Counted from the stretch's first letter, positions 37,054 through 52,301 are shown. The stretch: DNA of 64,000 nt from Paraspadella gotoi (GCA_051294375.1 CM119265.1:6081309-6145308); one strand, 5' to 3'. Numbers and translations are program-made. Notes: a model not told the origin generated them from the letters alone.

Positions 37054-40000
37054 ACTCGAAGTAGCGTGCTAACGGCCTGGGAAATATAAGATAAATTTTA
37101 AATAATTAGTAAATAAATGGAACTAGGCAGGCAGTCGGACGATTTTTCCTTATTTGCGTATTTTTATTTTATAATTAAACTTTGTAAAAAGCTAAATAGA
37201 ATAACTTCATTACATATTCGTAATTGAGAATAAGCTTATAAAACAGTTTGCAAGAACTTATACTTACTTTTTTAAGTTATAAAATTTTTTCTCATTATAA
37301 ATTTATATTTATGAAAACGTTCGATTTCATAATGGAGTGCTGTGCAGAAAAAAAAAAAGAAAATGAATAATTTTCCATATATTTTAACAGGAGGCCTTGT
37401 TAATTCAAAACGAAAAAAGTTTGTCAAAAACTGAATAAAATCTGTCATGATTTTTTTTTTAAATTTCTCCAAACTTAATAAATTATATTTGACAATAAAT
37501 TTCAATATTTCGCAGAGAACTGAAACTTACTCTTAGTAGTAGATACAATTGATGCTGAAGATTCGGCGTTGATTTATATTATATTGTAAATGATAAGCCG
37601 AAGAAAATAAGAAGCCTAGATAAGATTAAGAAATGCCAAACTCTTCTTGCCCTTTTCGAAATAATACGTACGCGCTATTCTTTTTTTTTCATAGTTTTAT
37701 CTGAGTTTTCTATTTCATTCAACGTCGAAACTAAAATAGTTGCGCGCTCTCTATGTATACCAGTTTCAATTATTCACTTAACGACACCGACGACGAGGGA
37801 CGAACGCTCAACGACCGTCGAGACTCGCGGGGCGCGAGAGTCGACGAGGGAAATCGATAATCTCAACTCAAGTTTGAGGTGACGCATGCCATCTTCGTTG
37901 GTCCTTTTTTTTCTCTATCCTTGTCCAAGATCTGGAGGAACGTGCTCATCATGATTAACGTTACTTGGGGCGTTAATCCTCGGTTTCTCCCAGTCGATTG
38001 CTTATTATTAACTTCCTTTCATTCAAATTTTGTTTCCTAAATTTTTTTCTTCTTTTAAAGAACTCTACTTTTTAAATTAATCTAATACGACTTAAAAATT
38101 AATCGGTAATAATATTATTTTAATTTAGAGCAAAAGTTTTATGTCTTGCGAGAAGAATTCGCACTTATCATTTCATGCTTGCCTTATATATTCATTAAAT
38201 GAACTAGTTTGATAAAGGTCGTCTGTATTAAAAGGCTCTTTATATTTACCGTCATGTTTTAACCCTGCATTTAACCTTTTCTTAAATATTGAATCTTTGA
38301 TAGCTGTATATCGTTTTGTGATATATTAAAGGCATTTTAATAATAATATTATCCACAATGAAGAGATCGTTGCTCTTTATAAAAATAATAGGCTATTTTT
38401 CGCATGAATTTGCGGTGATATGCTTGGCTTAAAATGACGACTTGGGAATTAACTTCTTGAGAATTTGAAAGTCGATCTGAAATTGAGTCAGAGTGAGAAG
38501 AATAAGACTAATAAGTTTATATAATATATTTTTTAACGCTCAGGTTTAATTTTTAAAAAATTAACTGGATCTCGACAAAAAGTTAAAAATTGTAAAATTT
38601 GATAGCGTGTATAGCATGTCAAGATTCAACTACCATTTTTGAAATGGCGCAGGATTGAAAATGGCGTTTGGTTTTCAAGACGGCTTTATGTAAATGTGGA
38701 CACTTAGAAATAACTAGAACTCATTCTTCCTAGTTTTCATAATAATACTCACGAGATATGAAATTACAAATTTGGCTTTTTCAAGGCCGTTTAACATTTT
38801 TTGGCAGTCAGCGGCTTTTAACAGTATTAGGAAATATTATTTGCCCATTTGTGTACAGTAATGTGTTTTGTGTATTTTTTTCATTGTCAGCTGATGAAGA
38901 GATTGACGTTGATTTTGAAAAGTGAAAAAAGAAAAAAGGAAAAAGAATTTCGCGAATCGTATTGCGAAAAAGAAATTTTAGTGCGATTAATTTAAAAAAG
39001 TTATTCCGAAACTCTTTTATGGCAGAATAAGCATACTATTTATTAAAATCAAAAATTGTAGAAACCAAGTTTCGATATTTTCTGTCTTTTGTGCCTTAAA
39101 ATTCCATTTTCTAATGATTAAAAATTAGAATAAAAGATCAAGAAAAATCTTTAATATTATAACTTCCTCTTGACTTTTACATTTTTATTTTTTTTTTTTT
39201 TTTTTGGTGACTTTGTCCTTTTTATTCATTTTTTTATTATTACTAAAGATTGTGTGTTAATGTTAAAACAATCTTAATAAAAAAGTTCAAAGTCATGTTA
39301 TGGATGTCGTAAACGTATTAGCGCGAAACCCGATGGGATTTTTTACATGGTCAGAGGTTGTTGTTTATTCATAATTTCAGCTCATTTTATATATTTATCT
39401 CAAATCAATATTGTTTGAAAATGTTTTGATTAAAATAATCGCTTGCCGAATCTAGGATTGCATTCTTTACTTATTTTTTTAGTAAGGTTATGTAGGATTC
39501 TAGTTTTTGTGTTTGTAGCTTCCAGTTATCAGAGAAATACTTATTTTGTGGGGAGTTTTAGTAATCAACCAAGCAATTTTAATTAAAACCAATTTTCAAT
39601 CCAATAATTAAAAATTTTTAACGATGGTTTGGTTAGCGAAGTTTAAAAGGCATGAGAGCCCTTAGGATTTGGCATTGTAGATTATTAGGTCCCGAAAACG
39701 AAAGTTTTTATTAGTTTTTACATTTATAAATTCGTTGTAAAAACTAATAAAAACTTTCGTTCTGGCTAAATTAAGCATCTATATTATCTATATATCTATA
39801 TATATAATCTATAGCATCTATATTATTTGTTTGCTCTGTTTTCTTTCAGAAAAAAAAGATCTGTATTGTATTGTAATTGTAAGGGAAGGTTTTTTTTGAG
39901 AGAGAACATTTTGTTAACCAGTGTTAGAGGACTCCGCTTGTCTCGTCTGTCGCCTTAAAAAACAGCTGAACATTTTGGGGTTTGAATTAATAAATTAGTT

Positions 40001-42903
40001 TCTTAGTCTCAACATACTGTTTTAGCTGCGAGTAATTGCAGAATAACTGAAGTATGTCACTTTTTGGTATGTTGATCGGTCCTTTGGTCAGTAGAGCGTA
40101 TGAAAATTTCAATGGTCAATCATGAAAAACGTATCACCAGTGAATATTAATTTATAAGAAAAATTAATTTTTATTGTTAATTTTCGTAATAGGCTATATT
40201 TATATACTTAAATATTCTTAAAAAATCCTAAATTTCAAAATGGATTTGATAGCAGATTTAAATTCCTCATCTAAAGTTAATAAACGAAAAGAGAGAAAAT
40301 AAGTTAATAACGCATAAAGTTTTTTTCTGGAAACAAAAAAGAGAGAGAGACAGATACAGATTGAGCCAAAACTATAAATGACCAAAAGACCCAAAAATGG
40401 GTTTCCCCCTTTTAATTTTCATTTTTCCAGTTATGGCTTGACATAGGCCCCCCAGTCTTCATTTAAGCCTTCTCCCGGTCCACTGCTGTGACGTCGAATT
40501 TCGAGCACTTCACGGATTTCAATTAAAGCTAAATTTAAACGTTTTACTTTGCTTTATTTGTCAGTTCTGATACATATTTTAGGCATAATTTTTCTTTCGC
40601 CGACCTGGGTTGGGGAGAGTTTTTTTAATGTGGTATATATAATATATTATATATATATTTATTATATTTGTACATGATCATTTAAAAAAAAATCCTTAAT
40701 TACTCTTAAGCTTAACCAAAGTTTTTTTTTGTAATATCAAACTATAGTAATGATATATGCAAATAAAAAAATAACCAGTCGGTGAAATTACAATTATGCC
40801 TTAATTTAATAATATTATATTGATATAAAACAAGTTTGTGCAAAAAATGCCGGATCTGCGGATCATTATCGATAATTAATTAATTTATTAAAATGAATGA
40901 ATTAATTAATTAGTTAATTAATAATTAATTTGATCCGCCATTGTTTTTTGTTTTTAGGTCTTTTCGTTACTGTCCACGACGAAAGCAACGACGACAACAA
41001 TAATGATTGATTGAATGATTGTTTGAATAATTAATTGATAAATAAATTTATCAATTGAATAATGAATTTACTGATTAATTAATTGTTTGACTAATTAATT
41101 ATTTGATGTATAATTCATCTTGCATTTACAATTAATTTAAAAATAAAAAGAAGCATAATCATTAATCAATGAGTGAAACAGGTTTTTTGTTTTTTCCATT
41201 TAAACTCATTTCCACTCGGACGATTCCATCGAAACTTAATTTCCAGCTTAATCACACACTTTTCTACCCACATAAAAAATTTCAAATCAAGGTAAAAATC
41301 ATGAGTAATTGGCGTTCAAAGCTAAGGGGGGACGCACAGACAGACAACATAATTTATATTTATAATGCATTATTTATCATAATTCGATGTTCTGACATGA
41401 TTTAAGTAACTTACCGACAAGATTGGGGGGGCGGACCGACAGTGAATTATAGAGCCGGATTCTGCTCTAAGCAGATCCGGATAAAAATATTTTGTTTTAT
41501 TATTGAAGCCTCTTATCTTTCACGACAATGTTTAGCCTTATCTTTTAAAACTAACAACTGTCGCTCCTCTAGCCCGTTGCCACTTGCGCCTTTGCCGTTT
41601 CGGGCCCCTTCACTCTTGCCATCTCTACCGACTTCGTTCGGCCCAACGAGCCGCGAAATAAGACGCCCGCTTTCTCTTTTTCTTTCCTTTCTTTCCTCAA
41701 TTCTCGATTTACGAAACGAATTTACCGCAACGCGTTATCGTGGTGTGGTCCCCGTAAGCCTTCAGGGGTGACCGACAGGTCGTCATTTCATTAGTACAAG
41801 TCGTATATATAGGCCTGTAGGCCTATATGCAAAAAATTATGCATTATTTGGTATGTAGGTCATTTCCTCGTGAGCCAGGTAAAAAAAGATTTTTTATAAC
41901 GCCTCACTTTGAAGTTATCTTGTACACTCCAGCGCAAAACAATAATAATTACTTTTTCACTTAAAAAAAACCTTATTAGATGGCTGAATTTTATAAATAT
42001 ATAAAAATATAAAATAAAGCGATTGATCCAAATCCCAATAAAATTAATTATTAAGCAAAGCATTCGAAAGTTGGTAAAAAAAATTGAAAACAAAAATTAG
42101 TTTCCGTCAAGAAAAGTTAATGATTTTTTTTATTATAAAATGTTTATATTTACGATGATAATATAAAATTGGCTGAACAAATTCAGCATAGAATATCTGT
42201 AGTGATAAGTATTAATTTTTTTTACCTAAATCAAATTAAAATAAGTAAGGAAACTATATATAGAAAAACGATCTTTTTTTATCAGTTAGAAAAAGAAGTA
42301 TCATCAACTTGACCTTTAAAAATCACTTTTCCCCCAATTCCGTTTTCAGACTCTGACAGTATTGCTGTATTCTACTTCTTGAGTTGAGCCAATTAATTTT
42401 ATTTTGTACTAATCGATAATTTTTTAAAAAAGGTATTTTTTATAAATATTTTTTCGAGAATTGTCAATTCTCTAATCACTACTAACAACGAAAAAGAAAG
42501 GATTACTTCAAAATATTTTTTCAAAATAAATAGTGGGGTATTTAAAGCTAACAAGTGGCTATTTTTTTTTGCGCCGCAGTTTACGGTAAATCTTCATAAT
42601 ATTATCAAATTTTTACCTATGGAGGACAAGTATGAATACTATTCATTGAATAGAGAAAGCCAGAAAACAAAAATGAAAGAATTAAAAAAGCTAGTCTCTA
42701 CCAAATGTGACAAATGACAGATCGTCGTTTGAAGGGCTGCTATCTTGTTTTCTTTCTCTACCCAAAATCTAATCTCACCTCCTTTCATTTTACTTCGCTC
42801 AATCGAAAGAGCAAGCAAAGAAAAACGGGACATCATTCGGCAAACGTTGCCATCCCTTTATCCTTTCTCACATTTCCTCCTCTTCTCTTTTCTTTCATCT
42901 TTT

Positions 42904-43075
42904 ATGGCAACCGGGAGACATGTGCTATGCCCGGGGTGGCATCTCCCAACAGCTGGCGCTCAGGATCACCCCATGTCACTGGCGTGTTTATACCGACAGC
43001 ATCACATGAGGGGATTGAACCCGGAACTCACGGTTGGTGAACATGTACTTAACTGTCCAAGCCAATGGCACAAAC
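42904..43075 (-). mobile_element. tRNA-derived SINE sharing 3' motifs with family A
   Basis: Minus strand has A-box-like TGGCTTGGACAG and B box GGTTCAATCC; it ends in ..GTTGCCAT like family A and shares TGTCACTGGCG. Confidence 0.6.
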
Positions 43076-46024
43076 TGAGTTTTACCAAGCTATACGGGAG
43101 GCGAATTTAGGATTTGCCACCTGTTCCTTATTAGTGATGTTAGACAGAAATATAAAATTGGCCGATGACCTCTTAGGATAGAAACATAGCTTATAAAATA
43201 AAAACCTTTTCCTCCTTACTTGTAACTGCTTTTCCGATAACCTTGCTGCTTCTCAAAATTTCGTTTTTCAACCCATTAACAATGGTTTGATGACGCGTTC
43301 AAAAGAGAAATAACCATTAACCAACCATTGCAAAGTTTCTCTGTTCGAGGCTGCGACGACGACAGATGAATATTCGGAACTGGGAGCCCCGATTCTCCCC
43401 TTTTTCCTTTTGACTTTTCCCAGTTTAGGAAAAAAATTATGACTGACGTCGGAACAAAAAATATGTACTGTTTTTGGTGAAAGCTTTATGAAAGAGGACG
43501 CAGGACGAGAAATGCTGGGTGTGTGAGGTTTGATGACTTAGTGACTAAACATGCTTTTGTTAATCGTCAGACTGTAAAGATCCGTGTCCATACCAATAAT
43601 ACCATACCATAACTGCGATAATTATGAATATTAGTTCTAATAAAAGCTTAAGCATAACATTCGTGTTTACTGATTATAAAGTATATGTGTATTCGTTATA
43701 AAAACATTGGTATAATTTACGGAAGTAAAATTATGCAAAGACGTCTATTCCAGAACCTCGACTCCTTCGCTATTCGGACTGCTGAATATGGCTCCGCTCC
43801 TCATCGTCCATTGCACCCGAAGGAGATGGAGTCGTTTTCAAAATCGTGAGTCGAAAGATGGCACCCTGAGGGAAGACAGCGACGATTTATGACGAGTTAA
43901 AAACGAGGTGCCAGATGCCATCCGCCTCCGTCCATTTATATTGGGCTGTTAATACTAAAAAAAAAAAAAGTACAATCAGTCAATCTAAAAACTGAGTGAG
44001 TAACATTGGTCTTCGTGCAATACCCGCCAGAGATTCTTCATAAGAGCTTCCCACCTTAGAACAAAGAGTTCAGCCGACTCTACCCCGCCGTACCCCGGTC
44101 GAGCGTCACGCCATTCACTTCGGGAGGGAGCTCCGAAATTTACCCCAGGGGGCCGCGATGGTCGTTACTTCGAAATCTCGGCGGAGTCCGGGAGGATTTT
44201 TTTGGCGGGAAATGCGAGGGAGAGAGAGGGTAAGCCGGAGGCGAAGAGAAGTGAAGGGAGGAAGGCAGCGAAGTGATGGGGTTAGGAAAAAAAAATTACC
44301 CTAAACCCCCTTCTTTTTTTTTACTGAAATAAAGTGAACCCATAATCTTGAGATCAGATCCGACGATTTTTAAAATGGCTTTCTCTGAAAGCTAAACCGA
44401 CATTTTTTTTCTTTAGCTCCCTTTATCGACTGTCATTATGTCCCCACCTTCGTTATATGCACAACTTATTTTCAACGTTAAAACCTTTAAAGAAAAAAAA
44501 TTTCTGCTTTAGATTAAAAGATACCGAAGTGAAAAAAGTTAAATTTAACTATTAAGTTATTAAAAAAAATAGAAAAAGATCGAAATATTCAGCATTTTTT
44601 TAAAATGACGGCTCCATTCTTCATAAGCCTTTTTTCTCACTTTGGCTAAAAGTAATAGAAAATAAATTTTGATCATGTGGCGAGACACCAGAAGAAGCAA
44701 GTGATTAAGAAAAAAATATTTAAATACGTATATCATATATCTAGAAAAGTATCTTGTTGAAGTCACGCGTTCGAGGCCGCGAAAACACTAGTCGCCTGAT
44801 GAATAAGTATATCACAAATCCCGTAATTCCTGAATGATAACATCGTCATGAGCTATAGTCATCACGCGCAAACGCGAGAAACCATAATGATAATCATCAC
44901 CCAACGAGCGTCAACAACTTAAGACGGCGTCTTTTGTGTTATAGACGATGAAAAGGCTCGAGGGTTAATGAGCAAAACCGAAAATGACCGAGATGAATGG
45001 AGAGATTCGGAGAGCAAGAAAGCTTGAGCTTCTATCTCTGTTGTCTGTCATGCGAGACTTTTCAGCTTTTCAGCCAAAATAAAGGGGTAATTGAAACCCA
45101 CAGAGACTTGAGAAGTCCTTGCCGACGCCAACGCAGACCTTATGTACATCCGCCTGAGCCAACCCTCCGCCGACTGCTGAGTTTCCGAGGCGACGGCGAA
45201 GATGACGATGCTGATAATCATGGTGATGATGTTGAAGAAGCGAAAAGCGATTAACGTCGAATGGAACAAAAGTCAAACATTCGAATTTTCATTGCTCCGT
45301 CGTCGTCGTCCTCGTCTGATAAGAGGCGGGGTCGGAGTTGAATATATTATCTCGCACTTATGGTGTACAGCGCAAAAGGGGAGAGGAGATCGGTGATAAT
45401 TTTGGAGGATCTATCGTATTCCTTAAGAAATTATTGCATATTTAGCATATTCTTATTTATGACTAAAACTTTGACCTCGGTAAATTTAAGAAGAAAATCT
45501 TAGAACTCATTGTTCGGACGAGAGTAACCGGGAAAATAAAATTGGTTCGAACTGACGAACATATTAAAATATCAAAAGGAAAGGTATATTTATTAGAGTG
45601 ATGTGAAAATAATAAAATTTTATAAAATTACAATTTAGCATATAGAACATGAAAACAAAAACTAATAAAAATATTTAGGTAAATTTATTTTTTAATTTTA
45701 TACAATAGTGGGCACCAGTAAGCTATATTTTTATATAGTAATAAGTCTATAAGAGTTGAAATTTCAAAATGCAAATTTTTAAATTTTAAGGTGTGGCGAA
45801 TCCTAAATATAAGAAGGTATAATTCTTTTTTGAAAATTTTTTCATTAAGTTGGTCAAAAATATAAAAAAAACTATATTTAAATTTTAAGACGCCAATTAT
45901 TAATTTCCAGCTAAAAAATATATTTTTTTATAATTTTAACCGACGTAATGACATAATTTTTAAAAAAGATTTACATTTTCTTTTCTCAACTTTTAACAAT
46001 GAATGATGGAATATGAATCTGCTA

Positions 46025-46265
46025 TGGCAACAGCCGGGTTGCCTGTGATGCCCATTGGGATGGGGCATCTCACTGTTGGCTTTGGGGGCTTCCGACCCTC
46101 AGTGACGCCTCCAGTCACTGGCGCGGTTACCCGTTGCCAACGGAGAGGGAAGTCATTAGGACTGTGGATGGAACACTACGCCTGGGATGGTGTGTTCCCC
46201 CTCTGAGCCAATGGATTTGGCTGAAGGATGGTGGACATGAGGCGGTGTGAATATACCGCCACACT
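46025..46265. mobile_element. Family-A repeat copy
   Basis: Near-identical core to the 33484 copy. Confidence 0.8.
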
Positions 46266-47796
46266 GCTCAGGTAATCTTGTTTATTTACTCTGTAATTCG
46301 AAAGGAAACAATTAAATATCAACCAACAATCGTCTCGGTCTCTCCTCGTTTCAGTTAACACTTGGATCTAACTCTAATAAACGATAAACAGCCTCTTTGA
46401 ATCCTCTTTGCATGAAGTTCCCATAGGTTTTCACTTCACTGTATCTGCAGGGCATCGGGCGTGCGAGTCCTTCAAGTAATCGTGGATGAAAAGAACATTT
46501 TGAAGGCGAATTGGCAAGGCGCAAAATATATTTGGCGGCACGGCACGACAGTTAATGAGCAAATTTGGATGAAGGATAATCTCTAAAAATCTTTAAACTA
46601 TCGCCATATTACAAACCTAACGAGTAAGAAAGCGACGCAAAATGAGCGAATCGCATTCATCGTCCTTTCCCGCCTTCCGTCTTGAAGAAGAGGCGTGGGG
46701 TTGGCGCCCGACTTAATCGACGAATCGCCCACGCGAACGAGTCTCGCACGCGGATCTTTGCACGCGCTCCAGCCACGCCCGCCCGTCGCACCCGCTATTT
46801 CAAATCGGGGTCATGGGAGACGCCTTTGGGGCTCTTCCTTTCACCTACGTTTTATCGCCCGTAATTAGACATTTAACCGACACGTTTGACTTTTTGCGCG
46901 AAGTTCTTTCGCCATAAATATATCTTATTCCGTTAGGACATGGCCTAATCTTTTAATTTTATTCCATCCCTACCTGCCATCCATTTCGTCTCCGTCTCAT
47001 CTCCGCTCGAGACCGTCGACGAGTTACGGTCAACCTTTCGCCATGGCCTCGTGGGACTCGACTCCACGCCTACATTGGGCGCCAGACGTTTTCGAGTGTT
47101 CGCGCTTTTCAACAGTTTTGACGAGTCCGACTTTACGCGCGCCTCTCGTCCTCACCTTTCTGCAAAACCTTTTGGCCACACCTCATTTCTGGTTTTAGCT
47201 GCACCTTTTCCCCTACTTTATTCAGATGAACCTTTTTTTGATTTTGGGCTGCACTTTTTTGGATGTACTTATTGGATACATAAATATGGGATCCGTGTTT
47301 TTGCACTTCGAGGCAGGCCCTTTTGGCAACTCTCGTAATAAAATCGTTAAAATTCACCGACATTTTTATAGGTTTTATACGATGGACATTGGACAGTCAT
47401 CGATCGGGAAAAGAGAACGGCCCTCAGTTGCCCCGTTTACCTAGAAGGATTTCTTAACCGTGCAATTTCCGCGCACCCTTCAAGACTCACTCCTCTCATT
47501 TTCGGGGGGGTGGCGGCGGCGAAGATCAAAGGGATTCCATCAGCCTTTGCTTCGCACCTTCGAGCGAAATCGTGAGGAAGGGAAAGGATATGGAGGAGGA
47601 GGAAGAAGAGGAGGAAGAGGATAAGAAGTAGGAAGAAGAGGAGGAAGAGGGGATGATGGGGGAAGTGAAGAAGGAAAATAAGAGTGGAGGATGTAAAAGA
47701 AGTGTTCATGGGCAAAGGCAGGGCTGTGTACTGCTTGGTGCGTGTGTTTAAATAAGATGATAAAAATAAATGCTACAGCAAGTGTCGATATACCGT

Positions 47797-47859
<63 letters not shown>

Positions 47860-48931
47860 CAAGGACTTCGTTCTCAAGTAAGAAAATTAAAAAAATGAAG
47901 AAAGGGGGAAAAAATTACTTCAAAAAATTAATTTTAGGCGGGAAAATTGACGCCTCGAGTTCAATGTTACGTCACGTCGGGTGAGGGTCACGTGACGTAA
48001 AGCCACGTGCCTTGGCGCAGACAGGGCCGACTTCCGCTTTCGTCCTCGAAAATTATGACGACGACGACGACGACGATAATAATGAAGACGAAGAAAAGGA
48101 CGACTAAGGAAAACCGATATTACGAAAAATGACGGAAAAAAAAACGACGACAATAACGACAACAACAAATTAATGGAAACGGCAAAGGTTATATAGAAAC
48201 GATATTAACGTCGATAATGAAGAAACTGCGACGACGTCGACGAACACATTTTTCGTTGTGTTTTGATACTTTTACTTTTAATACTTTTAATACTTTTAAT
48301 TAGGTGATATTCGCTTTTCGCGCCGTCCCTAAGGCTGAAACATACAAACTAATAATAATCTATACTAACATGATAAAAAAAAATTCTACGTCCTATGATT
48401 CACGCTTTGCTCAGCCCATTCCCAACCGTCCATAACGAAGACGAGGACAACGTCGTTGTCAATGTCGTCGTCGGCGGCGTCGCTTTCCCAGCCAAGGATC
48501 GCGACGTCATAATCGTTAATACTTTTTCGAGGTGAAGAGTTATAAGGAAGACGAATGGTCACCGGTAAGGCTGGCGGTCATCAGTGAGATAAGAGGCATC
48601 AAAATAGAAGACGGGGACGGAAGGAGACAGACGGGGGTGGAGAGAGAGAAACGTGGGGAGAGAATAGGATTAAGAGAAGGAGAGTTTGAGACTGAAAGAA
48701 AGAGACAGAAAAAGCGGAGAGAGGCAGAACTGCTTTAAATTTAAAGCCAAAGAAACGGGTGTTTTATGTCTCCTTGCAAAAGCAGACAGAACCAAAAAAA
48801 TATATATATATATTTATATATTTATATAAATATATATATTTAAATATATATATAGTTGTACCAATTTCATAAAATTCAGCTCCTTGTATTTTGATGCTAG
48901 TGCGGAGTACAATAAGTATTCCCCGATCTAA

Positions 48932-49195
48932 TACTTAAGGGAGTGGTATTTTCATACAATTGAAACATTCTTTGAAATATTTTTCACTTCATTGATAGGG
49001 AAGCCAGGTACTCTGGGAGTGAATAAACGAGACTGTGAGAGAGTCTTGATTGAAAGCTAGCAGGGACCTGCTATGTCATTATCTTGTAAGAGTGATGGAG
49101 GCCTTAAACCACCAAAGCCTGTCCAAAGTCAGGGGCAAGATAGCTTATTTATTAAATGAATGGATAATTTTTATAATGGTTGTACCAATTTCATA
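48932..49195. repeat. Repeat family R1 copy (inverted)
   Basis: Reverse complement of 11425-11690. Confidence 0.85.
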
Positions 49196-51874
49196 TATAT
49201 ATACACTACTATTGTCATTATCATTATGCATCGCTCTCGATGCTCTTATAAGTTATATCCTTCGGCTAAAGTTGGAATTAAGAGTACCATGAAAGCGGAG
49301 GGGAATTTAAGGCCAAAAGGAAAATGACAAATAATCTACATTTTATTGCGTTTTATTGTTGTTGAATTAATTCAAACTCTTTCTCAATGTGTCTTTGTTT
49401 AATTTTTATCGAACTGATTCAAAATTCCCGCGAGGGCGATGTCGGTCTTTTCCTCGGCCATATTGTCGGCCATTTCATCTCCCATCCTCGCGAGAAATGA
49501 GGGAGAGTCTTTGACGAAGTATCACGAAAGTGGAAGTGAGCTTGTATGAGGAATGATCATTTCCCCGCGGCGAACGACGACGACGACTAATGCTGAAAAA
49601 TCGTCGGATATCAGGGCCAATGGCTCCAATGTCGACCAAACTCTTTTTTTTTTACCTTTTATTTTTCTAATTTTTTTCCTTTTTTCCCCCTACTGATTCG
49701 AGGTCCTTTTTCATATTTTCTAAATTCCATTTCTTTCTCCGTTTTTTTTTTTTATATATCGCTTACTTTTTTCTTCTCCTCATCTTTTCTTTTTTCAAAC
49801 AAAATTTGTTTTCTACCTTTTTCTTTCCTTTTTCTCTTGTTTCTTTTGTTTATTCTACTTCTTTGTCGACACCTTATTACTTTTCTCTTTTTCCTCTCTT
49901 TTTCCTCTCTTTTTTCTCTACTTTTCTATTTTGCCTCTAATCTTCACTACTTTTCGCACCTTTTCTTACTCGAGATCGCTACGCTGGATTTTCATTGGCA
50001 TCGTTTGCATAAAACTAAGATTTTTTTCCCCCTGGAAACTAAGACTCTGTAGAGGCCTCACCCGCTTCTCGGAATATTCCCCCATCCCCCCTCGCCCCGT
50101 TTCTTTTTCTTTCTACCTCCTTTTCTCATTCTGCTAATTTTTTACTACCCCCCCCCCAAAAAAAAAACTGATTTCAAGAGAAACAACAAATTTTCCTCCC
50201 TCCCTTCAATTCATTTTTTTTTCTTCCGAAAAACAAAAGGATTCATTTTGCCTTTTTTTTTTCCTCCTCCGTCGGATGGCGGTCTGGTCTGAGGACGATG
50301 TCGTCGTCCTCGTCTTTGTCGTCGTCTTCGCGGCCTCCGTCGCCAACGTCGTTTATGATGACGATAATTCTGGCATTGACGTTCGCTGCTGATTAAAGAC
50401 TAAATACAAAAGGAGGATGGAACTGAAAAACAAAAGGGGAAAAGACGAGGAACGAAACGTTTAAACAAAAACAAAAACACTAAACAAAGAAAAAACAGAG
50501 TGGGAAACGGAGAGAAATGTGAGAAGCGAAATAGAGGGAGAAAGAGAGGGAAAAAGAAGATATGTAGAGAAACGAAAAGGGAGAGAAATGGAGGGAAAGA
50601 AAGTGCAAGATTGGGAGAAAGAGAGAGGAATAGAGGGAGATGGAGGAAAGAAGAGAAGGAGAGAATTGAGAGCGAGAGAGAGAGGCCGAGACAAACAAAA
50701 GCAGTCAAGCCCAATGGCAAGGGACCAAAAAGAGATCTTCCCTTTGAATAATTTAGCCTTTGATCGGTTTATCAGGTTTTGCGACAAGCTTGACCACAGG
50801 CTGAACGTTCCAATGATACAATCTCTTTGTAAACTACCCTCTTTTATGTAAATTTTAATGCTGGTTTTGTAAAAATAAAAGTAAAATAGAAATGATAAAT
50901 TAGACACTTAAAAAGAATTCACTGAAACCCTTTGGGAGTTGTACTGACAAAGAAGCACAAAATACATCCAACGACCGAAAATGTTTGTTATAAATATTTT
51001 ATTAGGACATCTAGTCAACTGGAAACTCACTTTGGAATCATATATGTCACCCTTTTTTCATTCAACCTTTCTACTCAATCCTTTCCACTGCTTTCGTCCA
51101 TTTGCTTGCGCCAAATTAATTCCGCAAGAGCGACGACGATCTCGCTGATTCGTCGTGACTATGCCCAGTGCGCACGCGCGTGAGAACAACTGAACATCTT
51201 TCGCTCAATTAAGATTTTGCATGATTGACCCTTTAGAGACGAAACACAGCGAAATTAAGTGGCTATTCTTTCCTATCTCACTCGCTCCCTCTCCGTTCAG
51301 TTTTCATATTATATTTATGTAATATTTAGATAGACGAAAATAAATAAGTCAATTGCTGGAATCTCGAATCGGATTTTCTCTCTCTCTTTCTTTGTCTCTC
51401 TCTATCTCTCTTTCTCTTTTCCCTCCCTTCGATTTTGTCTCTTTGTTTTTGTTTTTGTTTTTTTTTGTGGATCGCTCTTTTGTTTTTTCTGCTGGAAAAG
51501 ACAACAGAACGACGCCGTGCGGAGAGATGGAGAAATACTCGTTTTAAATCTTTCTAAACGCAAAAGGGAAAAAAATAAAAAACATTTACCGCAAACGTTA
51601 AAAGAAAATGAGAGAGGGTTTAAAAAGAAAAGACTGCCGGCAATTTAGAAGTTAAAGAGACTCAAATAATGGGACTTCGTCCTCTTTTTTTGTTCATTTG
51701 TTTCCAGGTTTTTTTAAATTCTTTTAATTCGATTTTTTTAGAGAAGCTGGAGACGATTGGAGCAGAAGTTTCCTCCTTTTCTATGTAGCATCCTGAGCGA
51801 AGGTTCTTGGAGCTGGGAATAAATCGATGAAAGAGGAGTCTCTCTCTCTTTCTCTCGCTCTCTCTTTCTCTCTT

Positions 51875-51918
<44 letters not shown>

Positions 51919-52250
51919 TCTCTTTCTCTCTTCTCTCTTTCCTCTCTCTCTCTCTTTCTCATTCGCTCTCTCTCTCTCTCTCTCTAACTTACTATCTCTC
52001 ACTTTTTCCTCACTCTCTGTTTTTGTTTTCCTTATTCTGCCCCCAACGAAGAAGTAGTCACAGAATAGGTTCAATTGAAAGTCTTTCTCCAAAATTATGC
52101 CATTACTTTAACTCAATGTAATGATTAAGTTACTTCAGATATTAGAAGATAAGGTTCAATGTCTCATATTTAAATGTAAAACACTTCAAAGCATTGCATG
52201 AGAATTTTACACATATATCTAATAATTTGTGAACAAAACTTTAGACATTT

Positions 52251-52298
<48 letters not shown>

Positions 52299-52301
52299 AC
52301 A

